Below, piece after piece: positions 14,035 through 26,449 of a DNA stretch of 64,000 nt (position 1 is its first letter; every line of letters starts with the position of its first letter). The notes below the pieces were generated by a model. It did no database searches and had not been told where the DNA came from. It worked only from the letters and a program-made list of their open reading frames with translations. The stretch is from Raillietiella orientalis (lineage: Eukaryota): NCBI GenBank assembly GCA_036172245.1, contig JAYWIR010000022.1, forward strand, positions 806,001 through 870,000. Direction: 5' to 3'. The translations under genes and the position numbers were made by a program.

Positions 14035-15680
14035 TTACACCACGTGCAATGAACCTTCCGAAGAGCGGCTGCAGACCGGCGAGGTCCGCTTCCGCAGCGT
14101 GGGAGAAGGGAAAACAAAAACAAAAAAGATAAACACACAAAAACAGGAGAGTGCAAAGTATACACGGGCAGGAAGGGGAGGAACCGAGGAAGGGATCACG
14201 TTACGCCGCCCAGAGTCCTCTGCATCCTGTTCAGGCTTCTGGCAAGTTCCGTTTGTGTCTCGCCCAGGTAGAGCCATCTCGAGGCGTTTTCCGGAAGATC
14301 TGCGTCCAGTGGATGGCGTCCCTGCAATTTCGCCTCTTCTTCCGGTGTTCCAGACCGCCATGATTCCGCCAACACAACAGAGAATCTGGGGGGGATAATG
14401 AAGAATTTATCTTCATGGTTTAGTAATTTTATATGAAATAATAATGATCGTGAAATGAAGAAAAAGTTACCTAAGGGATAACAGCGTAATTTTCATGGAA
14501 AGTTCTAATTGATGTGAAATTTTGCGACCTCGATGTTGAATTAGGTATCTATAAGATGAATAAGGTTTATAGTAACAGTCTGTTCGACTGAAAATCCTAC
14601 ATGATTTGAGTCGGTGTGAGCCAGATTGGTTTCTATCTTTAAATTATACAACTGCAAGGGATGCGTCTGGAGGCAGTGAGACATGCACGAAGAAACGTCT
14701 GAAAATGTCTCTGGGGCCGCTCATCGGGATACCTAGGATCGTTGCAAGGCGATCCCAAAGCGGTCGGATGGCAGCCCAGTCCAAAATCAGGTGTGGAAAG
14801 GTCTCCTTCTTCCCGTACCTGTCGCACATAGCGTCCACGCCCATCGTGTTTAGTGGTGAAGGAGCCCATTGCACGGGATTTCCCCATGCAACACCAGCAA
14901 CGCCAAATCCCGCCACTTGAGAGGGAGGGTACCGCTGCTCCAGCACTCCTGGGGCTACCTCACCTTTACCGGAGGGGTGCCGAGCAGCTCTCCCCAGAGT
15001 ACAAGTCCTTGGGGTGGGACACTCGGGGTCGCAGCTTCCGTCACTTCCTGAGTTGTCCACGGCCCCAGAAGTTTCGTTTTTGCTGCTATGCAGCAGATCG
15101 CTTCCCACCTTGCTGGGATTACGCTGCCCCTTGGGTCCCTTAAGAAGGGCGGCACTGAAGCAAGGGGAGTAGACGAGGTCCAGCAAATCTTCTGCGCTTC
15201 ACGGATGATCTTTTCCAACGACATGCGAGTGTTGAAGCCTCGCTGCAGGCATGCGTACCCCGCCTTGCTGGCGCCATGGATATTTCCCAAGACGAAGACT
15301 GATTCCTGAAGCCGGGTAGTGCAGTTCGTGGGGAGGCAAGAAATACAGGTGTTCCTCCTCCACCAGGGCAACCATCTGGCGGAGTTTGCATCCTCAACGC
15401 CTTAGCAATCTCTCGCGAGCGATGAGGAGGGATGTGAGTCCCCCGCAGCCGGTTGCGCTCTTCGCAAGAAGCCGTGCTGGTGCGCAACAGGAAGCGGCCC
15501 ATCATCTCGCCGCGAGGGAGAGTCTTCTGAGTCGGAGTTCAACGCTGCCTCCTCTCCAGCGTAAGGAGGACCAGTCCACTGTCCTTACGCGGAGCACATA
15601 AGTCTTTGAGTCGAATTCTGGACTTCCCTGTATCCCACAGGACTCTCCTCAGGAGGTCCTTGGTCTTCCTTCTGACGTCA
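14035..15680 (-). mobile_element. Degenerate L1/Tx1-like LINE 3' portion interrupted by a NUMT
   Basis: ORF 14644-15186 ends in zf-RVT-like CDRYGKKETFPHLILDW..LW. It continues in frame past the NUMT as QILCCVGGIMAVW, comparable to AVIGTICCILAIV in ORF 1848-2366. T-rich 3' UTR near 14100-14190. Confidence 0.65.
14391..14648 (+). pseudogene. rrnL: NUMT: fragment of mitochondrial large-subunit (16S) rRNA, domain V region
   Basis: Conserved metazoan 16S motifs aagttacctaagggataacagcgtaat, tgcgacctcgatgttgaatt, gtctgttcgac, ctacatgatttgagt-cggtgtgagccag..tggtttctatc. About 6 nt are missing before cggtgtgag relative to the usual consensus. AT-rich, flanked by GC-rich LINE. Confidence 0.93.
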
Positions 15681-15702
15681 GGTGGGGAGGGGCAAACAAA
15701 AG

Positions 15703-16318
15703 GTGATGGAAATCCTTTTGGGTTCTTCTCACTTTACTGTTTTCCTTCCTTTGAGGGGGAAAAGAAGGGGGGAAGTCTTTTCTTTTGGTTTGCCGAATGC
15801 TGAAGAATCCCTCGCTTCCTTAGGAGAGACTGCGACCTTAGAGAGACCCGGAAGGGAACCGTTCCCTGTTTCCTCCTTCCCTGAAGAGAATCTCGAAGGG
15901 ACGCTTGCAAATTTTGCTGAAGGGCGCTCCCCGAAGGGAGCAGCTCGCTTCTTCCCCCTCTGGATAGGCGACCCCCCGAGAGGGGTATCAACCAGCTCCG
16001 TGGTAAAAGATGGAGGGGTCCTCTCTGGTCCCGGAAAGGGGGAGGCGCTCCATTTTACACCCCGAAGGGAACCGGCTCCTTGAGCCTGGAAAGAACTTCG
16101 GAAAGTCAACTTTTACTCCCGGAGGCCAGTCGACGGGGGTACCTGGCTTCCATCAGTGCAACACCCGAAGCCAACAGGTCAGCCGGCGTCACCTTGAGGG
16201 CAGAACTCGAAACCCACACGACACACCCATTTCTCGGCGTCCATCCTTCCCCCGGTGAGATTCGAACCCGCGGCGCTCGGTGCCACGCGCGGACACCGCA
16301 ACCACACGGCCATTCGTC
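15703..16318 (-). mobile_element. tRNA-headed SINE-like repeat (long-linker subtype, internally deleted)
   Basis: Reverse complement head tggccgtgtggttgcgg...gcgggttcgaatc (A and B boxes), body hairpins and family 3' tail (aaaaggatttccatc). Confidence 0.85.
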
Positions 16319-18831
16319 ACACATCTCGTCGCGAATGCGTGCCTTCTTCATCGTCTGGGTGGTCACGGCTAACTCCAGGCAAATTATATCCTCTTGATCC
16401 TGTGTCCACGTCCAACTCTCGGATGAACCATTCCCTGTCCACAGATGGATGGTAAAACTCAAAGCAGGACGACGAGGACGCAGTGCGCTTTGGCTGTGCC
16501 GTGAATTCGACGACGCACAAATCGGGCGAGCGGGATCGCGACGTGGAGGGAGCGACTTGAGATTCGCGAGTCGCCCCCCCATCGCGGCTGCCCCTTGAGA
16601 TTAGAAGACGGTGGCGTCACTTCATTTGGATCGCCCCTGTTTCGTTGCACGCATCTCACGCTCCTCGTAAATCAGCTCTCGCGGCGCGGGACTTGGCTTG
16701 ATGTTCCCGAGGGCGAAAAGTTTTTGCATTATCGCGTCCGACTCGGGGAAAACTCAAGAACGTGTACTGGGATTTGCGTTGACCCGTGCCGCCTCCCTCC
16801 TCCTCCTTTCCTCTTCCTCCCCTCCTCCCCCGGTACGCGTAAGCCTCGCACCGTTGGGTGAGAATATCGCAAAAAGAACGAGACTGATCCTCCTCGGGTG
16901 GTCAAAAGGACAAATCAAGCCGGAAATGGGAGGCAAAAAAAAAGGGGAGGGGGGGCGTCCACTGAGGAGAGTCATTAGAATCGAAAAGACTCTGGAGATT
17001 CCGAAAATTCTTCTCTCGCGGGAAGACATTCCACGCGTTTCCAGAAAGTCCCTCGAGGATCCTTAGGCTCGTGCCGGCAATAAACCTCCCGCATTTATTC
17101 GGGAAGCATTCCTCGCCTTGGAAGCTGCGAAGAAAGTTAATGCGGCAGTGAGGAATGAGGGAAAGACTGGAGGTAGCAAAAGCACTCCGAGGGCGGTCCG
17201 TGAACGAGGTCCAGAAGAACTCGAGAACCGGCAAGACGGCAGTGGTGTTTGGAAGGTTCCACGCGAGATGCCGCCCAGATGCGTAGTCGCGCTTCCTCGC
17301 ACCTTGACGCTCCTTCCGTAGATGGCCCCACCAACGCAGCTGCCGCAGCCATATTTCATCCGATTGCGATAGCGAGATAAGGATTTACCTTCAGCTGGAA
17401 ATGGGAACAAATTGACGTGAGCACTGTCCCGGAGGTGAGCCCGAAAAATGCACAAGGAAATTCAAGAGCCAGATCGCCAAGGAACGTAGCTTGTTATCCG
17501 GTGATTGGTGGTTGCTGCACCTCGCGCCGGCAAAATCGTATTTTTGGAATTCAGTGTGACTCATAAAAAACGTGGATAAAAATGTGGCGACCGAAGTGGG
17601 CCCGTGACTGAACTCCAAAGCAGCAGCCATGGTCAAGCGAACGCACACGTGCGTGTTCGCCGAATTCCTCTGAGCCGAAACGATGCTGCACTAGCTGCTG
17701 CTGGCCGGACGTACCTTCAGGTAGGAAACTGCGCCCTTGCAAGAGTTGGTGGTGTTTTCGTGGTTGAGCCGAGGGGCGCTCGTTGCGGACACAAGCGGCG
17801 GACCCACCGAAGACCCCAAGTGCCACGTCTCCGATCCCCCCCCCCCCCCCGGTGTGCACCAACGGAACCGGCAAGGAGCGGCAGTCTTCTTCACCGCCGG
17901 TGGTGTTGTCAGGAGTTGAAATCACGCCGGTTGCAGGCAGCTGCGGACTGCGGTGGTGTACGCTGCTGCTTGCGTGACCATCCGTGGGCCGCGCTTCACA
18001 GGGGTGCGTGCCTGCAGGGGTGCCGCAAGCCTTCTGGCGCACCTCGAACCGGAAAAAAATGGAAAAAGAAACGCCGTTCCGAAAGTTGCAACTTTTTTTT
18101 CTTTCTTCCTTTTTCGGCTCCTTTTGTTCCGTTGTTGATGTTGCTGCAGCGCGTGACTTTACCGCCCCACTGAGAACTGTGAATGGGGTCACCAAGTGCC
18201 TTCGGACAGCCTCGTGTAGTTGAGGTTTGGAGCGCCGACTCGACTGCAATTCATCCGTTTCGCTCGTTTCGAGTTGCTTTTTATCTCCAGCGACGTTTCC
18301 CATCCGCTCGCTGAGAGGGAGATTACGAAAGGAAAGCCATCCGTCGTCAGGCACGGATCTTCTCGGCTTCCGGAGATCATCCGCGATTGATTTGCCTCCG
18401 ATTGTGCCATTTCTTTCGGCCCGCGTCCTCTTTTGAAGAGTAAAATGCAGCGGCGGTGTGAAAATCGTAGTCGGGACGAAGGCATCATCCACAAGCGCTT
18501 TGCCTCCAGGCGGTTCCAATCTGCAGGCTGACCTCTTGCGGAAAGGACGCTGGGGCAGGGAGATGGGTCTTCGCGTGTTGCCTTCCTCAAGTTGTTTACG
18601 TTGTGTCCGTCGAATGTTGGACGCCTGCTGACACGATGTGGTTGTTTCGGCATTCCGACATTCTGCACGCCGGGCTGTCCAGCCACGAGGTCATCTCTCA
18701 TCACGTATTCGTTTATATGGCTTGGAGCCCCCCTCGGATAGAGCAGCTGGACCCTTCCTCCTGCCGATTTGATATCTGGGAGGATTTCAAAGGTTGCCGT
18801 TCCTGGCGTCTCTAACACAATGCTTTCCAGG

Positions 18832-21800
18832 ATGTCGGCAAGCAAGAGCGATTCGGATCTTCGCCACAGTTATGCGTATAATAATAAAGCAATAAAAGTC
18901 ACAATTGTGGGAGATGGAGCGGTGGGAAAAACTTCCTTGCTCGTCGTCTACACCACCAAGAAATTCCCCGAGGCATATGAACCAACCATGTGAGTTTGCA
19001 CAGTGTCAGTTCCAAAAGTGTAGCTTTGCATTGCGTCTCGATGGATTTTTATTTGCTTTTTGTTCTTTTTCCCGTTGCCTGCACCACGAAATGCGTTTCG
19101 AGTTCTTCCGTCTGCTCTTCCTCCGAAAGCTTAGGAAGGTGCTGTCCCCTTCGCAAGAACCTGGCTGGCGTCCTGCTGTCCCGAAACGTTGAGCATGCTG
19201 GAGCGCGGGACCCTTCGCCGAAGGAATTCGTCTCACGAAAAGGCCTTACTCGTGCAAATGCGTGTCAACGAATTGGCCATTGCAGTCCCTTAATGGTGGC
19301 GGCTGAATATTCCACCTTATCGCGTAGAATCTGAATAGAAAATTTCGCCTGCATTCGCACGTGCAGCTCCACAAGCAGTCCGTCCACGAAGCACCCTCAA
19401 AGCAGTAGCAACGTGACGCTTTCTTGAAGTGACCTTTCGGTCAAGCCAGCGCGCTTCTCCCCCCCATCAATCGTGATGGAATGTCCCTAGGAGAGGTCGC
19501 TAGCGTTCCCGTATCAAGCTGTTGCACTGAACGTTCCAGAACACTCTGCTGAGGATGGTTTCCGTTTTCGGATAGCGGCAAGAAACATGTGGAAAGAAGA
19601 AGGAAGGCTTTGTTTTCGGAGAGTCGTGGTTTCGAGAAAGAGAACTGCGGACGGAGAGCGAAGAGGAAGAACTCTGCATGGATCTTATTTCGCGCTCAGT
19701 GGAACCGTGCATGCGCCACTCTTGCGTCAGATCAGAGCCGCAAATGCCCAGTTTCCAGAGTACCCGCGGCGAGTTCTGATCTTTCCCCCCTTCCTGTTCT
19801 CCGAGCCTACTTGCAAGCTGACTTATCGTGGATGCAACCAAAATCCACATACTGCCGATGGCAAATGGTCAACTGCGCCGTATGCGGGTCGCTTGCGCTC
19901 GGCGTGGCGTGATTTACGTTTCTGGATTCCCATCACGTCGTGTCCTCGAATCTCTTTGGCAGACAAGGAGGATTCGTGGCTTAATTAAAAGCAACCGTGA
20001 AATCGCAAACGAGCGCATTTCTCTTCGGAATTAAGAAGGATTAAGCAGGAGGGGAATTTTTCTCTTTCTCTCTCCCTCCACGGTTTCGAAAAGCCGAACT
20101 GTCGCGTGGTCCAGATGATTTCAGTGGTGCCATCTATCCATGGGTTCCCTTCAGGAAAGAATCGATTTCACTCACCATAAAATCAAGGAGTCTTTCGAGA
20201 TTAACTTACTCTCGAAGCGGGATCGGTCCGACGAGGCACGATATCCACAGTGCCAAAGATGCTTGCGGCGATGGACCAGACTTTGGGAGACAACCGTGCA
20301 TTCAGTCTCTCTATTTGTTTGTTTATTTAAAACGTGCGTTAGCATACTGTGCAGGATCTGAAGAATAGAAGCTGAAGCTCTACTGTTTTGCAAGTTTCCG
20401 GTTTTCGTAATTGCGCAATTTGGTCCAGCATTCCTTCGTTTCTTCATCTTCGTGTGTGCGCGTTCCTCGGCAGAAAACAGTCGATGGAAGTATTTTTTTT
20501 TTTTGAAAAAAATGAGTGATAGGAATTTTGGGGTTTTTGAAAACGAAAGCACATCGGAAGAAACTTCACTTGCAGATTGTGTAGACAGTTCCGTCCCCGT
20601 GATCTTGGTTTCTAGGACTGAGTTTGGCTTCCAGGAACGTAGAAAAGTTTCTGGCGTCACTTCCATTCTGTTGCCTCCCCGTTTTAGCGGTGCTGCCGAA
20701 GGGAAACACACGCCGGGATCTCACTGTCCGATCGGTCCGGTTTCTTTGCGCACAGATTCGTAACCGCGGAAACGTTTGCTGGTCGAGTCGTTCTCCGGGA
20801 AGATAAACCCAAAAGGCTCCAGCGCTTTCATTTGTTGGTTGATTCGACGCCTTCCGCTTTGGATTTTGTTTCAGTAAAAAGGTAAGGCCGTGGTTGCAGC
20901 GTCATGAGCAACTGAGCTGGGAATCATCCTGGAAGTGCAGAGCAGCGCTGCCTCGTCGCTGTCGCGACCTTTGTCCTTTCGAAGCACCAGCGGCTGTGTT
21001 CGCTTTCTGGCTGAGGATCCGAGCAAGACCAAAGTTGCGGTCCCCAGTCGCCTTAAAGACGAGAAGGTGCTTCGGGGAACTAGGAGTCAGCATCGCACCC
21101 CTCTGCATTCATTTTTGTAGTGCCGTCGTTTCCTTTGAACAGGAAGGCAGAAATCGTTCCAAGGATGATGAAACGGTCGCGGAGTTTTCGTTCAAATCTT
21201 GTCAAGTCGATGAAAATTGCGTATCATGCAAATTTTGGTGCTGCGAATTACATTCCTAGCCTTTTTAAACGATAGCTGCTTTTGATTCTTTTTTCCTTTT
21301 TTTTTTTTTCTTGTAGTTTTGAAAACTTTGTGACGGATGTCTGCGTACAAGAAGAAACTTACAGCATAAGTTTGTGGGATACCGCCGGACAAGAAGAGTT
21401 TGAGAAGCTGAGATGCCTGTTGTATCCTATGGTAAAAATTTTAGCTTATAGGATGACGTAAGAATTTTTCATGTGTTAAAGATTGCTGCCCTTCACAAAA
21501 TGGGTTGAGAATAGGCGATCGTGATGATGGTCACATGATTGTTTTTGTTTTTTTTTCACGGTACACGACAAAATTGTTTTTTCTTAGCTTCGCGTTGAAT
21601 ACTTCCGGATTTTGAGATTCCACGCGGGCCACAGGATGATGGGTCTGGCCTTCCGATGTCGCATCAATCTTCTCGGAGGTGCGGCGCGAAAAATTTCCTT
21701 TGCCAGGTCTCCAGTAACATTCGAACGCTCTCCTCAGTTTGCGATTCCTCCCGTATCTTCCGAAGATGAAAGAAGAATGAAGCCCACGGAGCCGTTAGCG

Positions 21801-24800
21801 CGAAGACGGCTCATCGTTTTCGTTTGTACCTTTTGCTGCCTGCTTGTCGATAATTGTAATAGAAATCCAAGCATGAATTTTGACTGACAGTCTGACGGTG
21901 ATGCACTTTGTCGATCCCGAACTAATCTTTCGAATCTTTTTTTCTTTTTCTTTTTTTAAATTTTTTCCTCCCTCGTGAGTTAGCGTGCTTTGCCTAGAGG
22001 GGCTTGAAGGTCTGGGTGCGTGCTGGGTTCAGGAGCGGGCCCACAGGCATTTCGCCTGGCATCCGCATCCTGGTAGCACCAGCAGAATGCACGAGAAAGT
22101 CTGGAAACAACAGAATGCTGGTTTGCCGAATTTCACAGTCTTCCCGATTGCAAGCACGCGTATCCAAGTGTCGGTGTACCACTTTCGAATGAGCTGCTCA
22201 TTCAGTGGGTCTTATCGGCGTAATAGGTGTGCTCGTGGTCATGTTAGGGCTTCGCTAGGATTGCGAATCGGAAACACTGCAGAGGGAGCAAGGATTTCAC
22301 GGGAACTCTTATGTAATGTTCCAAGTTGAGGGCAGTCGGCAAAGTGATTCCGTTCTCGGGTTTGCAGCTAAAATGTTTTTTTTTTTCTTGTTTGTATTTA
22401 TTTCCTTATTCTCTCTCATTTGTTTTTGTGGTTGGGGCGTCCCCAAAACACGTTGGAGTTCGAGTCGAGAGCGGATAGGATAAGTGAGACAGTCTGATGG
22501 AGTGCTCCTGCGATCGCTACATCCCAAGGTCAGAGGTTCTTGAGCCGACTGATGAGCACCTGAGTGAATGCTCCACAGACAGGCAGATTGCACCTCGCAA
22601 TGTTTAGTGCGAATCCATGGTTTTAAATTAAACTTGGCAATTCATGCAAGATGCGAATGAGATTGAGACGCCGTGAGAGCACTGGGAAATCTAGAAAGTG
22701 CGATGGAAAACGGCAGCTGCTGCTATCGAAAATGCGAAAGTGGTTCTTAGGAAAGAGGAGTCGTGCTGTGGAAGCAAAGGCGAGTGTCGTTCTTGCTTCC
22801 ACTCGAGAAATTCTTCTCGAGTTCTGACGTTGCATCGTGTCTTGTGGTGTTCTGTGAAGTCCTCTGGATCGTGTCGTAGTAATATGTGCTTTACGATCTG
22901 GACAGCAATACGAGGTGAGAGCTGAATGTTGAGTTGGACGTCTCTCGCGTACCCTTTTTATCGCAAGCAGCCATCGCTTTTCACCTCAAGCGTCTCCCGG
23001 TACCACGAAAATGCAATCGCTTTTCCAGGAAAGCGATTGCATTTCCTTTCCCCCTAAGATCTCTGCTTCAGTTTCCTCTTGTCTTTTTTTCCTACTGCTT
23101 ATGCCCTCACTTGCGCCAGCTGAACACCACGCACCAAGAAGACTGGTTCGTCGTGCTGTCTTCCCCACCTCGTTGAAGTTGAGCGTCTTCCATTCCGTTC
23201 GTGTGACTTGGATGCTGCCCGTTAAACCTGGAAGGCTGCCGTTGAGCTGGAATCGGGAAAGGCGTCTCGGTGCCTTGACGTTGGATCGGGAATCGAAGGG
23301 GTGTTTCCTTCCAGAAAGCTTTCTGACAGTGTGCGTGATGGAAAGAAAACCAGGAAGTCTGCACCCAGTCCTGTAGTCCGACTTGTGCACGCTTTCTTCG
23401 TGTTTCGTGCTTGATGTCACGAGTGAACTTTCCGGAAATTTCGATGATCAAGGTCTCTTCTGTCATCGCTTAGAGACGAGAGTGAAGTTCACTTCCGGAA
23501 GATAATCAAGCGATGGAAGTGCGAGCGACGCTCGGGATGCTGCGCTGGCGAAAGCTCTTCGCCTTTCCAAAGCTCCGCTGCACTTTTTCGGAAGTTCCAG
23601 ATGTGAGCAGTGGGAAGGCGCCCTTCGCTGGGCGTGCCGTCGGGAAGAGATGGGCTGGATCCTTTCTCTTTCCTTCGGTCGACGCCCTCGCCCTGCATCC
23701 CACCGCGTTTCCATAGGAGTGCGGTCTGTTCGGAATTTGCCACGGGACGCCATAGCTCCTCTGACTCGCCGTTTCACTCTTGCAGACAGGTCACGAATCC
23801 TGGAAGCCTTGGAGTTTATTTATCCCAAAAGAATACTCGTAGCACCCGCATATTGCATTGCTCCTTGCATGACCTGCGTAGTCTGCTGGTACAGCAGATT
23901 TGATTGCGTCTTGACTACCACAGTGGTGCACGTGTTTGGTCACGCCGTTGCCAGCCCTGCTGACACATTGTGCCGTTAATCGCGGTTGGAAACTGACCTC
24001 CTAATCGATGCAGCACAATAACTCACCTCTCGGTAATGGATGCTTGAATTTTCGGGCGCTGAGTGGTCATCTTCACAGGAAGCGGCGAATGGTGCACACC
24101 GCGCACCCAGTTGCCGAAATTCGTGTTGTTCTGTGGGGAGGGGTGAGCGAAGGACAAAGATCGGTGAGGAGATTCTGTTTTCCTTTATAGTAATTCTGAT
24201 GACGAGGAGTGGGGGGGGGGGATCGAAAAAGGTGCTCTGAATCTTCTGGACTTGTCCGGTAGAATTTCGAAGTCCTCGTTCGGGTCAGCGCATCTCTTTG
24301 CATATGCTCTGGATTGCTTCCTCGTTCTTCAGCTTCCGCGAAACCAGGATTCTTCAGTCCTTTTATTGAATGATACGAGGCAGAGGGGGAATGGGAATAT
24401 GGTGCCGTAAAAAATGCTGTTTCTTTTTTTTCTTTCTGAGAGTTTAATCGGAGTTCGTCCGATCCTATTCGATTCGGGGAAGTGAGAATGTCTCTTCCCT
24501 ACTTCGGGCAAGTGGACATCTCCACTTTCCCTATCTGGAATCTCTCGGTTCCTGGATACCTACATGGACGCATCTTCTGCGTCTCGTGGGTTTCCGTAAG
24601 CTCCTGGTGGTCCTGGACTCATTTGCGGTCAGTTCATAAAGGACGTTGCAACGGGCATTTGGGAAATCCCGGTATGCATCACTCCGTAAGTTCTTCCTGC
24701 GTGAGCTTTAGTTTCCCCGATTCATCGAGATTTGCATCCTAGGAGTGGCTGTTTGGTTTGTTTGTCTTTTTCCCAACATCTTGCTCAGATTGGTTGTCTC

Positions 24801-26196
24801 GTCGTTTTTCTGTTTTGTTTTCGTTTTGGAAAGGAGGAGGTACTCTTTGTTCCTCCTCATGTCTTGCGGCACCGTACTCTCTCTTTGTTCTGATCCAGAG
24901 ACTGACTGCGCGTTCCTCACGCTTCGGCAGTTGTTCTTCAAATTTCGAAGGAGAAAAAAAAAAATGACACGAGAAGGCAGCTTCTAATTGGTTGGTGCCC
25001 TTGACTCCCCCGCCACCGCATTTCCTAAATATGGTAAAAAATATAACCGTTAAAAAAAGGGGCCACACTTGTTCGAGCAAATGCAGCCAGTGAACCGCCA
25101 CAACGTCACGCCTGCTCGTGGCGGCGCCGGAATGTTCCCGCGCGCCTCCATCCTAGCGGTAGCCAAGGCCTCACACGCGTGCGGTAGGCGGTGGTGGGTC
25201 GCGTGCGGTAGGCGGTGGGTCGCGTGCACTTGGGACGGGAGCCTCTCTTGCGAAAGATGCGCCCACTCGTGGAAACTTGTCCAACGTGTGATCGCGCAGA
25301 CTCCGCTCGGCAGCCATATTGTGAGCTGTGAGACTCTACACGGGGCGCAGCTACGGATGGGTGACCCAATCGCCTGACTGAGTGACCTTTGGCACGAATC
25401 GGCGTGGCCAGTGGTGGTAGTCAGGCAGAAGCGGCCGAACAAGGATTCCGTGCTTGACATTGTGAAGCCTCCCCCCCCCCCTTTTTTGTTTTGTCACGCC
25501 CAACCAAATAGGGAATTCAGTCAATTACCTGGCGCCTCTGGAGCCAGACTGACGGCGCTTAACCGGAGTGCGAACTTTCACGGCATCGCCATCTCACCAT
25601 CTCGGAAATTTGGGAGCAATTCGCCTCCGCGGACGGCTGCAGCATGAGGGTAGAATGAATGGGTTGATTTGCTATGCCTTATCAAATAAAGCAGCAAAAC
25701 AAACAAACAAACAAAAAAAACATAAAGTGTACCAATTCTCAAGTAATGACTCTCGGATGTTTCTGTTTCATTAGACAGATGTTTTTCTTTTGTGTTTTTC
25801 TGTTGCCAATAGAATATCGTATAACAATGCGATGATGAAATGGAAACCCGAATTGGAGCAATACTGCCCGAAGGCAAAAATTGTCCTTGTAGGTACGTAT
25901 CGTCTGCTTGTCCCTGTGCAGTGGTCTTGCAGGATCTCTTTTGCTTCCCTTTTTTTCTTCTTCTTCTTCTTCTTCTTCCTGTTTTTGCCACAGGTACCAA
26001 AATCGACCTTCTGGAATGCACGGCCGATTGCATTACAAAGAGGGAAGGAAAAAGTTTAGCAAGAAGAATCAAAGCAAGCAAGTACGTGCAGTGTTCCGCC
26101 AAGTTGCAGAAGAATGTGGACTGCGTGTTTGAATCTGCTGTAGAGAGCTTCGTGGGGTCGCACCCTACGCGAAAGCTGTGCTGTTCCTTTTTGTGA
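18832..26196 (+). CDS. RhoL: Rho-family small GTPase, RhoL-like (197 aa, 4 coding exons)
   Basis: Exons 18832-18989, 21317-21431, 25775-25892 and 25994-26196, all GT-AG and phase-compatible (594 nt). Motifs [39 protein letters not shown] and CaaX CSFL. A ctaac branch point and ttccag acceptor precede the ATG, implying an upstream exon. The RhoL label rests on the short insert and KxTIVGDG resembling Drosophila RhoL and is less certain than the family call. Confidence 0.92.
22620..23980 (-). mobile_element. Degenerate LINE ORF2 fragment in Rho intron 2
   Basis: Weak RT-region-like remnants on the minus strand (KAP.. ~23270, AACDKK ~22965); heavily decayed. Confidence 0.35.
25176..25227. repeat. 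Short tandem duplication (~21-24 bp unit, ~2.3 copies)
   Basis: cgcgtgcggtaggcggtggtgggt cgcgtgcggtaggcggtgggt cgcgtgc. Confidence 0.85.
25954..25979. repeat. (TTC)n microsatellite forming the polypyrimidine tract of Rho intron 3
   Basis: ttcttcttc... run immediately upstream of the ccacag acceptor ending at 25993. Confidence 0.9.
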
Positions 26197-26449
26197 TTGT
26201 GGTCGCTCGATTGCGATTGAGCTCAAGAGGCGGTCGTTGTGACAGCATTACAACGGCCCAGCAGAACGTCACGGAAGTCAGCTTACTCGTTGTGGACTCT
26301 TGTGCATGACGTGTCAGGGGTGCGTCGAACGCGCTGGAAAGCGCTCTTGTTCGGCGCAGTTTCCCAGAAGGACTGGATGCTCTACAAACTTTCTTTACAG
26401 TGCTTGCAATGTACTGTACGAATTTTTTGTTCGGTCTGAAATATAATTT

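Noticed and set aside
14391..14648. Functional rRNA gene or mitochondrial contig
   Set aside because: Only a 258-bp fragment with a deletion in a conserved motif, embedded in nuclear LINE sequence; called a NUMT.
17551..18845. 322-aa and 218-aa minus-strand ORFs upstream of the Rho gene
   Set aside because: No domain similarity, non-ATG starts, and the longer one crosses homopolymer runs; more likely promoter, UTR or intron sequence of the Rho gene.
22549..22600. CTGATGAG hammerhead-like core (also at 42143 and 43975)
   Set aside because: No stem II followed by GAAA and no stems I/III could be built by eye.
25176..25227. Short direct repeats as a CRISPR-like array (also 50244-50279)
   Set aside because: Only 2-3 adjacent units without unique spacers, in a eukaryotic context.
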